The notes: generated from the letters alone by a model not told the origin. 63,617 nt of DNA, filler included, from Deltaproteobacteria bacterium (GCA_030698575.1; 12 parts of 12 records of this genome joined end to end with filler, not necessarily neighbours in it), one strand, 5' to 3'; numbered from the whole stretch's first letter, positions 1 to 11,143 are shown. Numbers and translations: made by a program.

Positions 1-317
1 TCCCGGGCGGGGTCTGCTTCCGGCTGCTTCGCGGCCGGGGCCGGTACGGATGCGCGCGATGGAGGCGCGGCCTCCTCGCCGTCTTCAACGAGCAGTGCTA
101 TCACCGCGCCTAGTTCCACCGACTCGCCTTCAGCCACCCGAATTTCCGCAAGCGTTCCCGTGTAGAACGACTGGAACTCGACGTCCGCCTTGTCCGTCTC
201 GATCACGCAGAGGAGATCCCCCTCCTCGACGTGATCTCCCGGCTTCACCTTCCACTCAACGACTTTTCCCTCGTCCATCGTGTCGGAGAGCCGCGGCATC
301 TTGATCTCGACGGGCAT
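1..317 (-). CDS. pdhC: Dihydrolipoamide acetyltransferase E2, N-terminal lipoyl domain (runs off window)
   Basis: Own translation MPVEIKMPRLSDTMDEGKVVEWKVKPGD...IETDKADVE contains the lipoyl-lysine motif ETDKA; lies downstream of E1 beta. Confidence 0.88.
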   Translation of the reverse strand, partial: MPVEIKMPRLSDTMDEGKVVEWKVKPGDHVEEGDLLCVIETDKADVEFQSFYTGTLAEIRVAEGESVELGAVIALLVEDGEEAAPPSRASVPAPAAKQPEADPAR

Positions 318-338
318 GTCTTCCTCGGTGGGGCGGGT

Positions 339-1316
339 TCAGCGGCCGAGCAGGCGGTTCACCGCCGCAAAGACCTTCTCGACGCTCGGGAGCGCCGCTT
401 TCTCGAGGTTCGCCGCGTAGGGCATCGGGACGTCCTCGCTCGTCACCCGTTCGACAGGCGCGTCGAGGTAATCGAAGGCGTTTCGCTGCACGAGATAGGC
501 GATCTGCGCTCCGACGCCACCGTAGGGCCAACCTTCCTCGACGATGAGCAGGCGGCTGGTCTTTCGCACCGATGCAAGGATCGCATCCTCGTCGAGGGGC
601 CGGAGGGTGCGGGGATCGATCACCTCGGCGTCGATCCCCTGCTTTTCGAGCTCCGGCAGCACCAGCTTCACAAGGTGCTGCATCTTCGACCAGGCAACGA
701 TGGTCAGGTCTTTCCCGGGACGCACGACCTCCGCCACGCCCAGCGGAATGGTGTATTCCTCCTCGGGCACCTCTCCCTTGAAGCCGTAGAGCACCTCGCT
801 CTCGATGAATACGACCGGATTCTCGTCGCGGATGGCGCTCTTGAGGAGCCCCTTCGCGTCGCGGGGGGTGGCCGGCATCACGACCTTCAGCCCGGGGGTG
901 TAGCAGTAGAACGGCTCGGTGCACTGCGAGTGTTGCGCGCCGAGCTGGTGCGCCCCGCCGCCGGGGCCGCGGAAGACGATGGGGAGGGTAATCTGGCCTC
1001 CGCTCATGAGGCGGAGCTTGGCGGCGTTGTTGATGAGTTGATCGAAAGCCACCAGGGAGAAGTTCAGCGTCATGAACTCGATGATGGGCCTGAGCCCGAC
1101 CATGGCGGAGCCGATGCCGACGCCGGCGAAACCACATTCGGCGATTGGCGTATCGACGACACGCTTCTCGCCGAACTGCTCGAGCATCCCCTGGGTCACC
1201 TTGTAGGCGCCCTGGTAGGCGCCCACCTCCTCGCCCATGAGGTATACCCGTTCATCGCGGGCCATCTCCTCGGACATGGCCTCGCGAAGCGCCTCGCGAT
1301 AGGCAATCTGTCTCAC
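339..1316 (-). CDS. pdhB: Pyruvate dehydrogenase E1 beta subunit
   Basis: MGEEVGAYQGAYKVTQG, DTPIAE, GAQHSQ and DPRTLRPLD motifs. Confidence 0.93.
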   Translation of the reverse strand: MRQIAYREALREAMSEEMARDERVYLMGEEVGAYQGAYKVTQGMLEQFGEKRVVDTPIAECGFAGVGIGSAMVGLRPIIEFMTLNFSLVAFDQLINNAAKLRLMSGGQITLPIVFRGPGGGAHQLGAQHSQCTEPFYCYTPGLKVVMPATPRDAKGLLKSAIRDENPVVFIESEVLYGFKGEVPEEEYTIPLGVAEVVRPGKDLTIVAWSKMQHLVKLVLPELEKQGIDAEVIDPRTLRPLDEDAILASVRKTSRLLIVEEGWPYGGVGAQIAYLVQRNAFDYLDAPVERVTSEDVPMPYAANLEKAALPSVEKVFAAVNRLLGR

Positions 1317-2299
1317 GTCCCGCCTCCGGCCGTCTCTTCGCCGCTCCCGGCGTAGACATAGTCGTGGAGCGTCTTCTCGTCGGGCAGCGGGGAGTTCCGC
1401 GCGAACTCGACGGCTTCATCAATCTCTCGCCGCACCTCGAGTTCCATCTCCTTCAGCTGCGCCTCGTCCGCCATGCCGAGCGTGTAGATTCGTTCAGCCA
1501 GTGTCAGGATCGGATCGCGTTTCTTCCAGAACTCGAGCTCCTCCTTCGATCGGTACTTCGCCGGGTCGCTGATGGAGTGGCCGCGGAAGCGGTAGGTCTT
1601 GGCTTCGACGAGCGTGGGCAGGCCTTCCTCCCTCGCCCGCCGGAGGGCGCGCCCCACCGACTCGCGCACCTCGAGCGCGTCGTCGCCGTTGATCGTCTCG
1701 CGGGCCATCGGGTAGCCGAGCGCGCGTGTGGAGACGTCCTCCACCGCCAGCGTCTTGTAGAGCGGCGTTCCCATGGCGTAGAGATTGTTCTCGCAGATGA
1801 ACACGACGGGGAGTTTCCAGAGCGAGGCGAGGCACAGCCCCTCGTGGAAGGCCCCCATGTTCGCGGTCCCGTCGCCGAAAAAACAGAGCGTCACGTCCGG
1901 CTCAGCACGGTACTTCGACGCGAAGGCCACGCCCGCGGCCAGCGGCACGTGCCCGCCGACGATGGCGTGCCCCCCCATGAACCGCCTGGCGAGATCGAAG
2001 AAATGCATCGATCCGCCCCGCCCCTTCGAGCAGCCGCTCGCCCGCCCGAATAACTCCGCCATGGCGGACTTCGGGTCACGTGTGCGCGCCAGATAGTGCC
2101 CGTGCTCGCGGTAGGTGGCGACGATGTAATCGGTGGGGCGGGCGGCCGAGATGGCCCCGACGGCCACCCCTTCCTGGCCGGTATAGAGATGAAGGAATCC
2201 GCTGATCAGGCCCTCCGTGTAGCAGCGGTGAGCCACTTCCTCGAAGCGCCTGATGAGAAGCATGTCACGGTAAATTTCTAAAAGGAGTCCTCTGTCCAT
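1313..2299 (-). CDS. pdhA: Pyruvate dehydrogenase E1 alpha subunit
   Basis: GFLHLYTGQE, TPP motif GDG...ENN, YRFRGHS; ATG 2299 preceded by AGGAGG. Confidence 0.93.
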   Translation of the reverse strand: MDRGLLLEIYRDMLLIRRFEEVAHRCYTEGLISGFLHLYTGQEGVAVGAISAARPTDYIVATYREHGHYLARTRDPKSAMAELFGRASGCSKGRGGSMHFFDLARRFMGGHAIVGGHVPLAAGVAFASKYRAEPDVTLCFFGDGTANMGAFHEGLCLASLWKLPVVFICENNLYAMGTPLYKTLAVEDVSTRALGYPMARETINGDDALEVRESVGRALRRAREEGLPTLVEAKTYRFRGHSISDPAKYRSKEELEFWKKRDPILTLAERIYTLGMADEAQLKEMELEVRREIDEAVEFARNSPLPDEKTLHDYVYAGSGEETAGGGT

Positions 2300-2513
2300 C
2301 CCAACCTCCTCGAACGCAGGGTACATCAGGGGCTATCGGCCGCAAACCCTGCCCTCTGGAGCGGACGCGCATGCTCACTAACGTGCTTGACAGCCATTCG
2401 GGGGCGGTGTTAGCTAGAACCACGCTGCGGATCGGGAACTCATGTTCCTTCCCTGTCGGGTAATCCGCGGCGACGCAAGACGGAGGGCCAGTCCGCCATG
2501 AAAGGAGGCTAAG

Positions 2514-3140
2514 TTGGGATTGGCTCAACCACGCGCTGTCAGACCGGACAGCCGCCGGGAAATTCTTCGGGTCGCAGAAGAGATCTTCGCCCACAAAGGC
2601 TACGTCGCAACCACCACCCGCGAGATCGCCGAAGCCGCAGGCGTCACGAAGGGCCTGCTCTTCTATCACTTCCAGACCAAACAGCAACTCTATCTGAACG
2701 TCATCGAAAGCCTCATCCAGTCGCTAGCGCAACTCGCCGTGCCCGAGCGGCAGCTCGAGGGCATGGATCGGTTCGACCACGTGAAGGCCTTCATCGAGGG
2801 GTGGACCGATTTCCAGGCCGACCACCCAAACGCGCTGAAGCTCATCACCCGCGAACTGATGGACGAGGGGCGGTTTCACCGGATGGTCATGGATGACTAC
2901 ATCCGGCCGTTGATGGAATTCGGAGTGGATTTCGTGAGACAGGGGACCGCGGAAGGGGTCTTCGCGGATGTGGATCCATTTCATTTCGTGCAGATGCTCG
3001 GCGCTTCGAACACCCTGTATTTCATGCTTCTGAATTTCAACGAGCGCATGTCGGGAGAAAACCTGCGCACGCCCGAGGCCCTGGCCCATCGCAAGAAAGA
3101 GCTCTGGCGCAATTTCTCCCGTGTCCTGCGAAAGGATTGA
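2514..3140 (+). CDS. TetR/AcrR family regulator
   Basis: N-terminal HTH TTREIAEAAGVTKGLLFYHFQTK; AAAGGAGG before TTG. Confidence 0.9.
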   Translation: MGLAQPRAVRPDSRREILRVAEEIFAHKGYVATTTREIAEAAGVTKGLLFYHFQTKQQLYLNVIESLIQSLAQLAVPERQLEGMDRFDHVKAFIEGWTDFQADHPNALKLITRELMDEGRFHRMVMDDYIRPLMEFGVDFVRQGTAEGVFADVDPFHFVQMLGASNTLYFMLLNFNERMSGENLRTPEALAHRKKELWRNFSRVLRKD

Positions 3141-3158
3141 TGCGGCCGGGCGAAGGCC

Positions 3159-3359
3159 CTAGCGGGATTCCCGGCCCACCACCTCCGTCGGCTCCGGGAG
3201 GCGCTCGACATTAATCTGCACGTTCTTCCACTCGCCGTCCGCCGCGCCGAGCGGTGTCAGCATGCCCACGAGAGTGCTTGCCACGAGTTCCTGCATGAAG
3301 TGATTCATGTGGGTCTTCTTCCCGTCCCGTGTCACCGTGACCTGGTAGTGCTTCGTCAT
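3159..3359 (-). CDS. Small hypothetical protein (66 aa)
   Basis: MTKHYQVTVTRDG...; GGAG upstream; fills the gap between TetR and the sigma54 activator. Confidence 0.6.
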   Translation of the reverse strand: MTKHYQVTVTRDGKKTHMNHFMQELVASTLVGMLTPLGAADGEWKNVQINVERLPEPTEVVGRESR

Positions 3360-3397
3360 GCTCTGCTCCGCAGTCGGTGAAGGCTTCGCCACTCTAC

Positions 3398-4960
3398 CTA
3401 TTCGCGCGCGAATCGGCTCCGATCGATGTTGTACTTCTTCAGCAGCTGTTGCAGCAGCGTGCGGTTCATCCCCGCTGCAGCCGCCGCCTGGGTCACGTTT
3501 CCCTTGCTTGCCGTGAGTATCTGCTCGAGGAATCTTCGCTCCACCTCGGCGGCCGCCTGATCCCGGGCCCTGCGCTTCGCCTCCTTGAGATCCTCGTTCA
3601 TGACAACCCCGTCCCGCGCCTCCGGTGCGCTGCTGAGGGCAGCCGCCAAATCAGGCGGCAGATCCGACTTCTCGATTTGCGGACCGCGGCTCAGGACGAT
3701 GCCGCGCTGGATGACGTTTTCGAGCTCGCGCACGTTGCCCGGCCAATGATGGGCGCGCATGGCATCCATCGCCGCGGACGTAAGGCTCTTGAGATTCTTT
3801 CGCGACTCCTTTGCGTATCGCTCGAGGAAGAACGCGACGAGCAGGTCCAGGTCGGCGATGCGCTCGCGCAGCGGTGGCAGGATGATCGGCACGACGTTCA
3901 ACCTGTAAAAGAGATCCTCGCGAAATTTTCCCTCGCGGACCTGTTTCTCGAGGTCGAGGTTGGTGGCGGCAATCACGCGGATGTCCACGGCGATCGGGCG
4001 ATTGCCGCCGACGCGCTCGATCTCGTGCTCCTGAAGCAGCCGGAGGAGCTTGATCTGCAGCTCCTGTGGCATCTCGCCGATCTCGTCGAGAAAGAGCGTG
4101 CCCCTCTGGGCCAGCTCGACCTTGCCGATCTTCTGCCGCGTCGCCCCCGTGAAAGATCCCTTCTCGTGGCCGAACAGTTCCGAGGCGAGCAGTTCCTGAG
4201 ACAGCGTGGTGCAGTTCACCGCAACGAAGGGCCGCCCGGCGCGGGGACTCCACTGGGTAATCGCCCGCGCGAAGATCTCCTTGCCGGTTCCGCTTTCTCC
4301 CAGCAGGAGGACCGTGGCCTTCGAATCCGCCACGGCCTTGGCCAGATCGATGACCCGCGTCAGCGCCGGGCTCTCACCCACGATCTGATAGCGCTTCGAG
4401 ACCTGAACCCGGAGTTCCTCGCGCTCCTGATTGGCCACCCCGTAAAGCCGCGCGTTCTCGATGGCGATCGCGGCGAAATGGGCGAAAGCCATGATCAGCG
4501 CCATGTCGCTCTCGTCGAAACCGCTCGCGCGCCTGGCGTTGATGGCCTCGAGTACGCCGATGAGCCGGTCTTTCACCTTGAGCGGGACGGCCAGCAGGGA
4601 CCTGGTATCGAAGCCGCTCTCCTCGTCGTAACCTGAATAGAAGCGGGAATCCTTGTGGGCGTCGCCGATGAGGACGGGCTTCCCCTCGCGAGCCACCCAT
4701 CCGGCCACGCCCGTATCCACCGGCAACCGCTGCTCCCTGAGTTCCTCCCCCTTCGCGCCCTTGGCGACCGCAAAAACGAGAGAGGTCCCCGCCTCGTCGA
4801 GCAGGAGGAGGCTGATTGCTTCGCACTGAAGGAGTTCGCCGGCCCGCGTCACAAGGACATCCAGGATGGCGTCCAGTTCGAGGGTCGATGTGAGAAGGCC
4901 GCCTACTTCGAGAAGGCTCTCGAGGCGTCCTGCTGGGATTCGGCCGAGGTCTTTGGTCAA
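3398..4960 (-). CDS. GAF-domain sigma54-dependent Fis-family activator
   Basis: GAF domain, Walker [15 protein letters not shown] loop, [28 protein letters not shown]-terminal HTH; start (TTG 4960) uncertain. Confidence 0.92.
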   Translation of the reverse strand: MTKDLGRIPAGRLESLLEVGGLLTSTLELDAILDVLVTRAGELLQCEAISLLLLDEAGTSLVFAVAKGAKGEELREQRLPVDTGVAGWVAREGKPVLIGDAHKDSRFYSGYDEESGFDTRSLLAVPLKVKDRLIGVLEAINARRASGFDESDMALIMAFAHFAAIAIENARLYGVANQEREELRVQVSKRYQIVGESPALTRVIDLAKAVADSKATVLLLGESGTGKEIFARAITQWSPRAGRPFVAVNCTTLSQELLASELFGHEKGSFTGATRQKIGKVELAQRGTLFLDEIGEMPQELQIKLLRLLQEHEIERVGGNRPIAVDIRVIAATNLDLEKQVREGKFREDLFYRLNVVPIILPPLRERIADLDLLVAFFLERYAKESRKNLKSLTSAAMDAMRAHHWPGNVRELENVIQRGIVLSRGPQIEKSDLPPDLAAALSSAPEARDGVVMNEDLKEAKRRARDQAAAEVERRFLEQILTASKGNVTQAAAAAGMNRTLLQQLLKKYNIDRSRFARE

Positions 4961-5181
4961 GGGGGCACCCCTGGGTCCGGCATCTCCGGGCGACGGGACC
5001 AGAGTGTTTGTTATTTCATAACAATTGCTTCGGAGAGCGTCAAAGAAAACCTGAGAGACCGGGGATGGCGCGCCGGCCTCCGGCCATGCTATGGGGTTCC
5101 CGGGGCCGGCTAATCCGGGAATATTCCCGCGGGGCCGACACGTCTTGGGGGTGAGACTTACAGCAACCCGGGTATCCAAGC

Positions 5182-5922
5182 TTGAGCCATTTCTCCATTC
5201 GAACGCCGCTCGCGCCCCTTCTGCTGGCGGCAACTGCCGCCGGGGCCGGCGCCTCTGGTCCGGACCGGAACCACGCCTTGTCCCGTGATCGCGAGAACAC
5301 CCCCCCTCGCCCTCCCGAGCCCACCGCCTCCGGGCCGACGGACGAGTATCTGCTGTGGGTGGCGGAAGCCCGGACCGAGAGCGCTGCCGGGGATCGGGCG
5401 TTCACGCGGCTGGTGGAACTTTACCGCTCGCGGGTGGTATCGCTGGTGGCGGCGCACCTCGGCGACGCCGATCAGGCGGAGGATGTTGCGCAGGAGGTCT
5501 TCCTGAAGGCGCGGGCGGCCCTGCCCTCCGTTCGGGAGGAGGCGCGGTTCGAGTCCTGGCTCCTGCGCATCGCCTATCGGACCGCGATCGATCACACGCG
5601 CGGGTTCTGGTGGCGGCGGCGGGTGAGCCTCGAGAGGCTTGCGGAGTCCGCCCGCGAGACGGCGCTGGCGGGCGCCGCGGTGGCCGGGGCGGGGAATGAT
5701 CCGGAGAGCACGCTCCTGCGCTCCGAACGGTCGAGCCAGGTTCGCAAGGCCCTTCGCGAAGTGCCCGAGGCCTTCCGGGCGCCGGTGGTCCTGAGAGATA
5801 TTGCCGGTCTCTCTTACGAGGAAATCGGTCGCATCCTCAACTGTCCGCTTGGCACCGTCGAGTCGCGAATACACCGGGGCCGACAAGCCCTTCGCAGGAA
5901 ACTGGAGAAGCTGCTGCCATGA
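5182..5922 (+). CDS. ECF sigma factor (RpoE-like)
   Basis: [28 protein letters not shown]...[11 protein letters not shown]; true start probably further downstream. Confidence 0.9.
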   Translation: MSHFSIRTPLAPLLLAATAAGAGASGPDRNHALSRDRENTPPRPPEPTASGPTDEYLLWVAEARTESAAGDRAFTRLVELYRSRVVSLVAAHLGDADQAEDVAQEVFLKARAALPSVREEARFESWLLRIAYRTAIDHTRGFWWRRRVSLERLAESARETALAGAAVAGAGNDPESTLLRSERSSQVRKALREVPEAFRAPVVLRDIAGLSYEEIGRILNCPLGTVESRIHRGRQALRRKLEKLLP

Positions 5923-6356
5923 ACTCCGAAATGCGGTGTCAGGATGTCCGCTCCCGCCTGTCCGGCTACCACGACAGCGCACTGCCTCCGCCGCTCGCCG
6001 GGAGCATCCGCCTTCATCTGGACAAGTGCCCCGACTGCGCCGGGGAGCTGGCGGCGATCTCTCGCGTGGCCGGACTGGTCAGCGGGAGCATGCTGGACGC
6101 ACGGCCCGGCTTCGAGGAACGGTTCGCGCGCAAACTCACGGCGCGGCGCGCGGCAGGAGAGTCCTGGGCGGCGCGGGCACGGCTGGCGAAACGGCTGAGC
6201 GCCTATGCCGCCGCGTTCCTGCTCGCGGCGCTCGTCGGGCTCGGACCGGCCGTCGTCCGTGACGTGCGGGATTACGTGGCGCCATCCAGCGACGCTCAGA
6301 TTCTCTACCTGGCGCTCATCGAGAACGGTTCAGGGGATCAGGAGGATTCGCATTGA
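5919..6356 (+). CDS. Zinc-finger (zf-HC2) anti-sigma factor
   Basis: HLDKCPDC motif plus one TM helix; 4-bp overlap with the sigma gene. Confidence 0.85.
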   Translation: MNSEMRCQDVRSRLSGYHDSALPPPLAGSIRLHLDKCPDCAGELAAISRVAGLVSGSMLDARPGFEERFARKLTARRAAGESWAARARLAKRLSAYAAAFLLAALVGLGPAVVRDVRDYVAPSSDAQILYLALIENGSGDQEDSH

Positions 6357-6796
6357 ATTCGGAAAGACGTTGGATCGGAGTTTTCTCGGCGCTTCTGTTG
6401 CTGCTCGGGATCTTCATCGGCATCGCGATGGATCGATTCCTCTTCCGGCCCGGGCCGCCGCGCATCTCCGTGGCCGGTGGAGCGGAACCGGGACGGCGTC
6501 CCGCGGGCGACGCCCGCCATTTCCTGGAGCGGCTCACCTTGCAACTGGATCTGACGGATGAGCAGCGCGGGCAGGTGGAAGAGGTGTTCAATCGTAACAT
6601 TCCGCGCTTTCGCGAGGCGCGGGGCAACCGGGCTGGCTTTCAGGAGGCCCGCCGCCAGATGTGGGAAGAGCTGGCAGCCGTGCTCGGTGAAGAGCAGATG
6701 AAGCAGCTTGACGAACTGAGACGCAGCGAGCGGGACGAGCATCGCAAGCAACGGGGACTGCCGCCGGGCCCGGGCGCCCCCCCCCGCAACGAATGA
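6353..6796 (+). CDS. Membrane-anchored periplasmic Spy/CpxP-like protein
   Basis: N-terminal TM helix; LDLTDEQ and VLGEEQ (LTxxQ-type) motifs. Confidence 0.65.
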   Translation: MNSERRWIGVFSALLLLLGIFIGIAMDRFLFRPGPPRISVAGGAEPGRRPAGDARHFLERLTLQLDLTDEQRGQVEEVFNRNIPRFREARGNRAGFQEARRQMWEELAAVLGEEQMKQLDELRRSERDEHRKQRGLPPGPGAPPRNE

Positions 6797-6861
6797 TCGC
6801 CGCGCCCAACGGCGCGACGGGTATCACGACGATTTCCCAGAGGGGAGAGGAGGCAAGCACG

Positions 6862-7314
6862 ATGCGTTCAAACCGTATGCTTCACTTCACCCTGCCGGCG
6901 GCGCTCGCGATGGCCGTCGCGCTCTTCGCCTGGGCAAGTCAGGCCCCGGCCTTCCCGCGCGGGCAAGGTCACGACGCCCCTTCGGTGGCGCTCGAGAAGG
7001 CCGCCGAACTCGGACTGACGGATGAACAGGTGCAGCAAGTCCGCTCGCTCAGGGAAAAGCAGCTCTCCTCAATGGCTGGACCTCATGATGCGCTGAAGTC
7101 GCGGCAGGCGGCCCTCCGGGCGCTGCTCTCCGCGGATCCGATCGACCGCGGTGCGGCCGAGCGGGAGATCGATGCACTCGTGAAAGAGAGCTCCGATTTC
7201 CAGCGGCGACGGCTGCAGGCGAAGATCGATCTGGCGGAGATACTCACGCCCGAGCAGCGGGGCAGGCTGAAGGAACTCAATCGGCCGAGGCGCGGTCGCC
7301 CCGGTCACCGCTAG
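6862..7314 (+). CDS. Spy/CpxP family periplasmic protein
   Basis: Signal peptide; LGLTDEQ and ILTPEQR motifs; GAGGAGG RBS. Confidence 0.82.
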   Translation: MRSNRMLHFTLPAALAMAVALFAWASQAPAFPRGQGHDAPSVALEKAAELGLTDEQVQQVRSLREKQLSSMAGPHDALKSRQAALRALLSADPIDRGAAEREIDALVKESSDFQRRRLQAKIDLAEILTPEQRGRLKELNRPRRGRPGHR

Positions 7315-9467
7315 TCGTCCGTGGAGGGCGCGGTCCCGGCCGCGCCCTCTTCGTTTTCGTCCGCCGGCGCGCCACGAACCTGCATGGGTGGGTACCGCGC
7401 GACGAGTCCGTTGTCGCCGGCCGCCCAGGCGCCGCCGTCGTCGAGCTGGACGAACGCGCGGAGGAAACGTGAGGGACCAATCACCTGGCGGCGCCAGTTG
7501 CGCCCGCCGTCCGTTGTAACGTGTATCGATTGCGGCCCGGCGAGCCAGCCACGCTTCGGATCGGCAAAGAAGGATGCGCGGACATCCCTCGCCGGAAGTT
7601 CGATCGCCTGCCATTCCGCGCCGGCGGTCTCGGTGATGTAGAGGAGATCCGGCGAGCCCTCCTTCCGCCCCAGAACCCACCCGTGCGCGGCGTCTACGAA
7701 CTGCAGGGCCCTGAGGCGCGCGTCCGGATCCACCACCACCCGATCCCATGCCTCTCCCCCGTTTCGCGTCCGAAGAAGCCGCCCCTCGGCCTGGAGGGCG
7801 AGCAGATGCTCCGGCGCCGGCGCGGCGAGATCGACGAAGCTGCCCGCCCCCAGCCCCGACGGAAGCGATGCGGCTGTGAGCGATTGCCCGTCGTTGCCGG
7901 AACGATAGATCGTGGAGGCGGTCGCGGCCCATAGTGCATTCCGCTCGACGAGAGCGACCGCGACGATCGCGCCGCTGATTCCCGTGCTCCGGCGGATCCA
8001 GCTGTCGCCTCCGTCCGCCGTCGTCATGAGCAGGCCGTTTTCGCCAGCCGCGGCGCCGCGTGAGGAATCCTGAAACGCAAGATCGAGGATGTCCTCGCGC
8101 GTCGTCGTTCGCTGCGACCGCCAGGGGCTGCGCCAGGGATGCCCCTCGGAAATCGAAGCCAGAACGGTGCCGCCTCCTCCAGCTGCCCAGGCGCGGGCGC
8201 TCTCCGGGGAAAGCAGCACGCTCTGCACGCGGCGAAGCGGTGAATCGAACCGGCGCGACCCCTCCCGCCAGCGCTTCCCGCCGTCCTCCGTGACGAGAAT
8301 CCGCCCGGCCCGTCCGACCGCCCAGCCACGTTGCGGGTCAGCAAAGTGAACATCGGTAAGATCGAAGAATTCACCGCCGATCTGGACCGGCCAGGTTCGG
8401 GCGCCGTCGCGCGTTGCCCGGAGGTTACCGTTGCCGTCAAGGGCAAGGCCGTTGCGCCCGTCGGACATGGAAAAGCTGACCAGTTCGGCGCCTTCGCCGC
8501 GGCGAGCCTTGTATGCCTGCTTCCAGAACCGGCCCAGGCTTCGCGTGCGGAACAGTCGCTGCGTCCCGCCATCCATCACTTCCGCCAGGCCGTTGTACCG
8601 GTCGACGAAGCGGACATGTGAGATGTAGGACGCCCCATCCGGTCCGCCGTCGAATTCGAGAAGGTGCTCGAGCGCGCGAACGGGCCGCCAGCTTTCGCCG
8701 CCGTCGTCGGTTGCGAATATGCTCTTCCCGTCCGTCGCGTAACCGCGCCGGCCGCTCACGAACCACCAGCCAGGCGCGTCTTCGAGAGCCACCCAGCTCG
8801 TTCCGGCGTCGCGCGTGCCGAGAAGGAGTCCGGGGCCGCCCGCCCAGCCGGTTTTCTCGCTCAGCATTTGCACGACGGTCAGATCGCCCGACACCGCCTC
8901 CTCGTAACGGGCCCAGGTGGACCCGCCGTCGATTGTATGCAGGAGCAGCCCGCGCTGACCGACGGCCCAACCCTTCTCCTCGTCGACGAAATCCAGGTGC
9001 AGCACCCGATCGGACGAAGCAGCCCTCACGCTCTTCCAGGTTCCACCGCCGTCGTCCGTCCTGAGGATCTCGCCGTCAGTCGCGAGCGCGAAACCGCGAT
9101 CAGGCCCCTTCCAGTCGAGCTGAACAAAACGCCCAAGGTCCACGCCGACGAGCGCCTCCCAGGATCGGCCGGCATCGCGAGTCCGGTAGACGCCCCCGGA
9201 GACCCCGCCCACCCAGGCGTGCTCTCCGTCGACGGCCCACAGTGCCGTCAGATCGTCGTCGATCCCGGACTCGATGACCCGCCATCTGTCTTTGTCGTAG
9301 GGAGATCGGTAAGGCTTCTCGGAGGCGCGGTGCCCGTGGACGATCACCTGCGCCTGGTTGGCCCTTCGCCCCAGTCCAGGCGTGGGCTGGGGAAAGAGCA
9401 GCGCCGCCAGGCCCAGCAGGGCGATGGCGGTCGCTGAAAAGTGGAATAGACTGGAGTTGGGGATCAC
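7311..9467 (-). CDS. Secreted YCF48/BNR-repeat beta-propeller protein
   Basis: Signal peptide and many TxDGGxTW / GWAVG repeats. Confidence 0.85.
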   Translation of the reverse strand: MIPNSSLFHFSATAIALLGLAALLFPQPTPGLGRRANQAQVIVHGHRASEKPYRSPYDKDRWRVIESGIDDDLTALWAVDGEHAWVGGVSGGVYRTRDAGRSWEALVGVDLGRFVQLDWKGPDRGFALATDGEILRTDDGGGTWKSVRAASSDRVLHLDFVDEEKGWAVGQRGLLLHTIDGGSTWARYEEAVSGDLTVVQMLSEKTGWAGGPGLLLGTRDAGTSWVALEDAPGWWFVSGRRGYATDGKSIFATDDGGESWRPVRALEHLLEFDGGPDGASYISHVRFVDRYNGLAEVMDGGTQRLFRTRSLGRFWKQAYKARRGEGAELVSFSMSDGRNGLALDGNGNLRATRDGARTWPVQIGGEFFDLTDVHFADPQRGWAVGRAGRILVTEDGGKRWREGSRRFDSPLRRVQSVLLSPESARAWAAGGGGTVLASISEGHPWRSPWRSQRTTTREDILDLAFQDSSRGAAAGENGLLMTTADGGDSWIRRSTGISGAIVAVALVERNALWAATASTIYRSGNDGQSLTAASLPSGLGAGSFVDLAAPAPEHLLALQAEGRLLRTRNGGEAWDRVVVDPDARLRALQFVDAAHGWVLGRKEGSPDLLYITETAGAEWQAIELPARDVRASFFADPKRGWLAGPQSIHVTTDGGRNWRRQVIGPSRFLRAFVQLDDGGAWAAGDNGLVARYPPMQVRGAPADENEEGAAGTAPSTDD

Positions 9468-9552
9468 GCGCGGGATTCTATCACACGGGAATAACGCCGT
9501 GCTTCCTTCGCGGCCTGTAAACTTCTCTCCTGGCGATCATCTCGCTGCCACC

Positions 9553-10338
9553 TCAGCGTCCCTTCCAGACCGGGTCGCGCTTCTCCATGAACGCCGATAT
9601 TCCCTCGATCACGTCCTCGGCCATGGTGTTGATCGTAAGTTGGGACTTGAGGAATTCGAGAGCTTCGTCGAAGCCCATGTCCTGGGCGTTGTAGAAGGCA
9701 TCCTTGGCGAGCTTCAGAATGGCGGGAGAAAGTCCCGCAAGCTTCTCCGCCATTTCGTTCACCTTCGCCTCGATCTGATCCTTCGCCACCACGTAGTTCA
9801 CGAAACCGATGCGGTGCGCCTCGGCGGCGTCGATGCGCTCGCCCGTGAGGATCATCTCGAGCGCTTTCTTTCTCCCGAGGTTGCGGACGATCGTGGCCAT
9901 GATGATCATGGGGACGAGGCCCCGCTTTATTTCGGGCGTTCCGAATGTGGAATCATCCGTTGCGATGATGAGATCGCAGGCGAGGGCCAGGCCGAACCCC
10001 CCCGCCAGGCAATAACCCGTGACCGCGGCGATCACCGGCTTGCCGAGGCCGTTCATCGTCAGGAAGAGATCCGCGAAGACACCCCGCCCCTCGTGGCGAT
10101 CCAGGAACGACTGATCCGCCTGAAACATGCCTCCACCCAGATCGGCGCCGGCCGAGAAGGCTCGCCCGCCCGCGCCCGAAAGCACGACGACCCGAACCTC
10201 CGCGTCGGACTTCGCCTTCTCGAGGAGTTCCTTGAGGCGCGTGGTCACCTCGGGGGAGATGGCGTTGCGGGCTTCGGGACGGTTGATGGTGATCCTGGCG
10301 ATGTGATCCTTGACTTCGTAGAGAACGACGTCGGACAC
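9553..10338 (-). CDS. Enoyl-CoA hydratase/isomerase family protein
   Basis: INRPEARNA, FSAGADL, GGFGLALACD, FGTPEIKRG. Confidence 0.92.
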   Translation of the reverse strand: MSDVVLYEVKDHIARITINRPEARNAISPEVTTRLKELLEKAKSDAEVRVVVLSGAGGRAFSAGADLGGGMFQADQSFLDRHEGRGVFADLFLTMNGLGKPVIAAVTGYCLAGGFGLALACDLIIATDDSTFGTPEIKRGLVPMIIMATIVRNLGRKKALEMILTGERIDAAEAHRIGFVNYVVAKDQIEAKVNEMAEKLAGLSPAILKLAKDAFYNAQDMGFDEALEFLKSQLTINTMAEDVIEGISAFMEKRDPVWKGR

Positions 10339-10425
10339 GGACTCCTCCCACGGGGGCGCGGCCGGGCCGCCGCCCCGGGTCAGGTGTTCAAAGGCTGCAA
10401 GGCTAGCCCACGATTGATTCGCGAG

Positions 10426-10982
<557 letters not shown>

Positions 10983-11082
10983 NNNNNNNNNNNNNNNNNN
11001 NNNNNNNNNNNNNNNNNNNNNNNNNNTTAATTAATTAANNNNNNNNNNNNNNNNNNNNNNNNNNNNNNNNNNNNNNNNNNNN
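10983..11082. other. Artificial contig spacer (N44-TTAATTAATTAA-N44); first of 11
   Basis: Same 100-bp spacer at 13952, 20383, 26600, 29530, 32640, 35655, 42869, 46779, 51348 and 60330; it has stops in all six frames. Confidence 0.99.
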
Positions 11083-11143
11083 ACCCGGGCGGCCGCGTCG
11101 TTCGGCGAAGTCAAATTTTAGACCTGACCCCAGGAATTTGATC

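Noticed and set aside
10983-11082. Recurring TTAATTAATTAA within N runs as a biological repeat or CRISPR
   Set aside because: Identical 100-bp artificial linker between contigs; ORFs ending in X...LIN are artefacts
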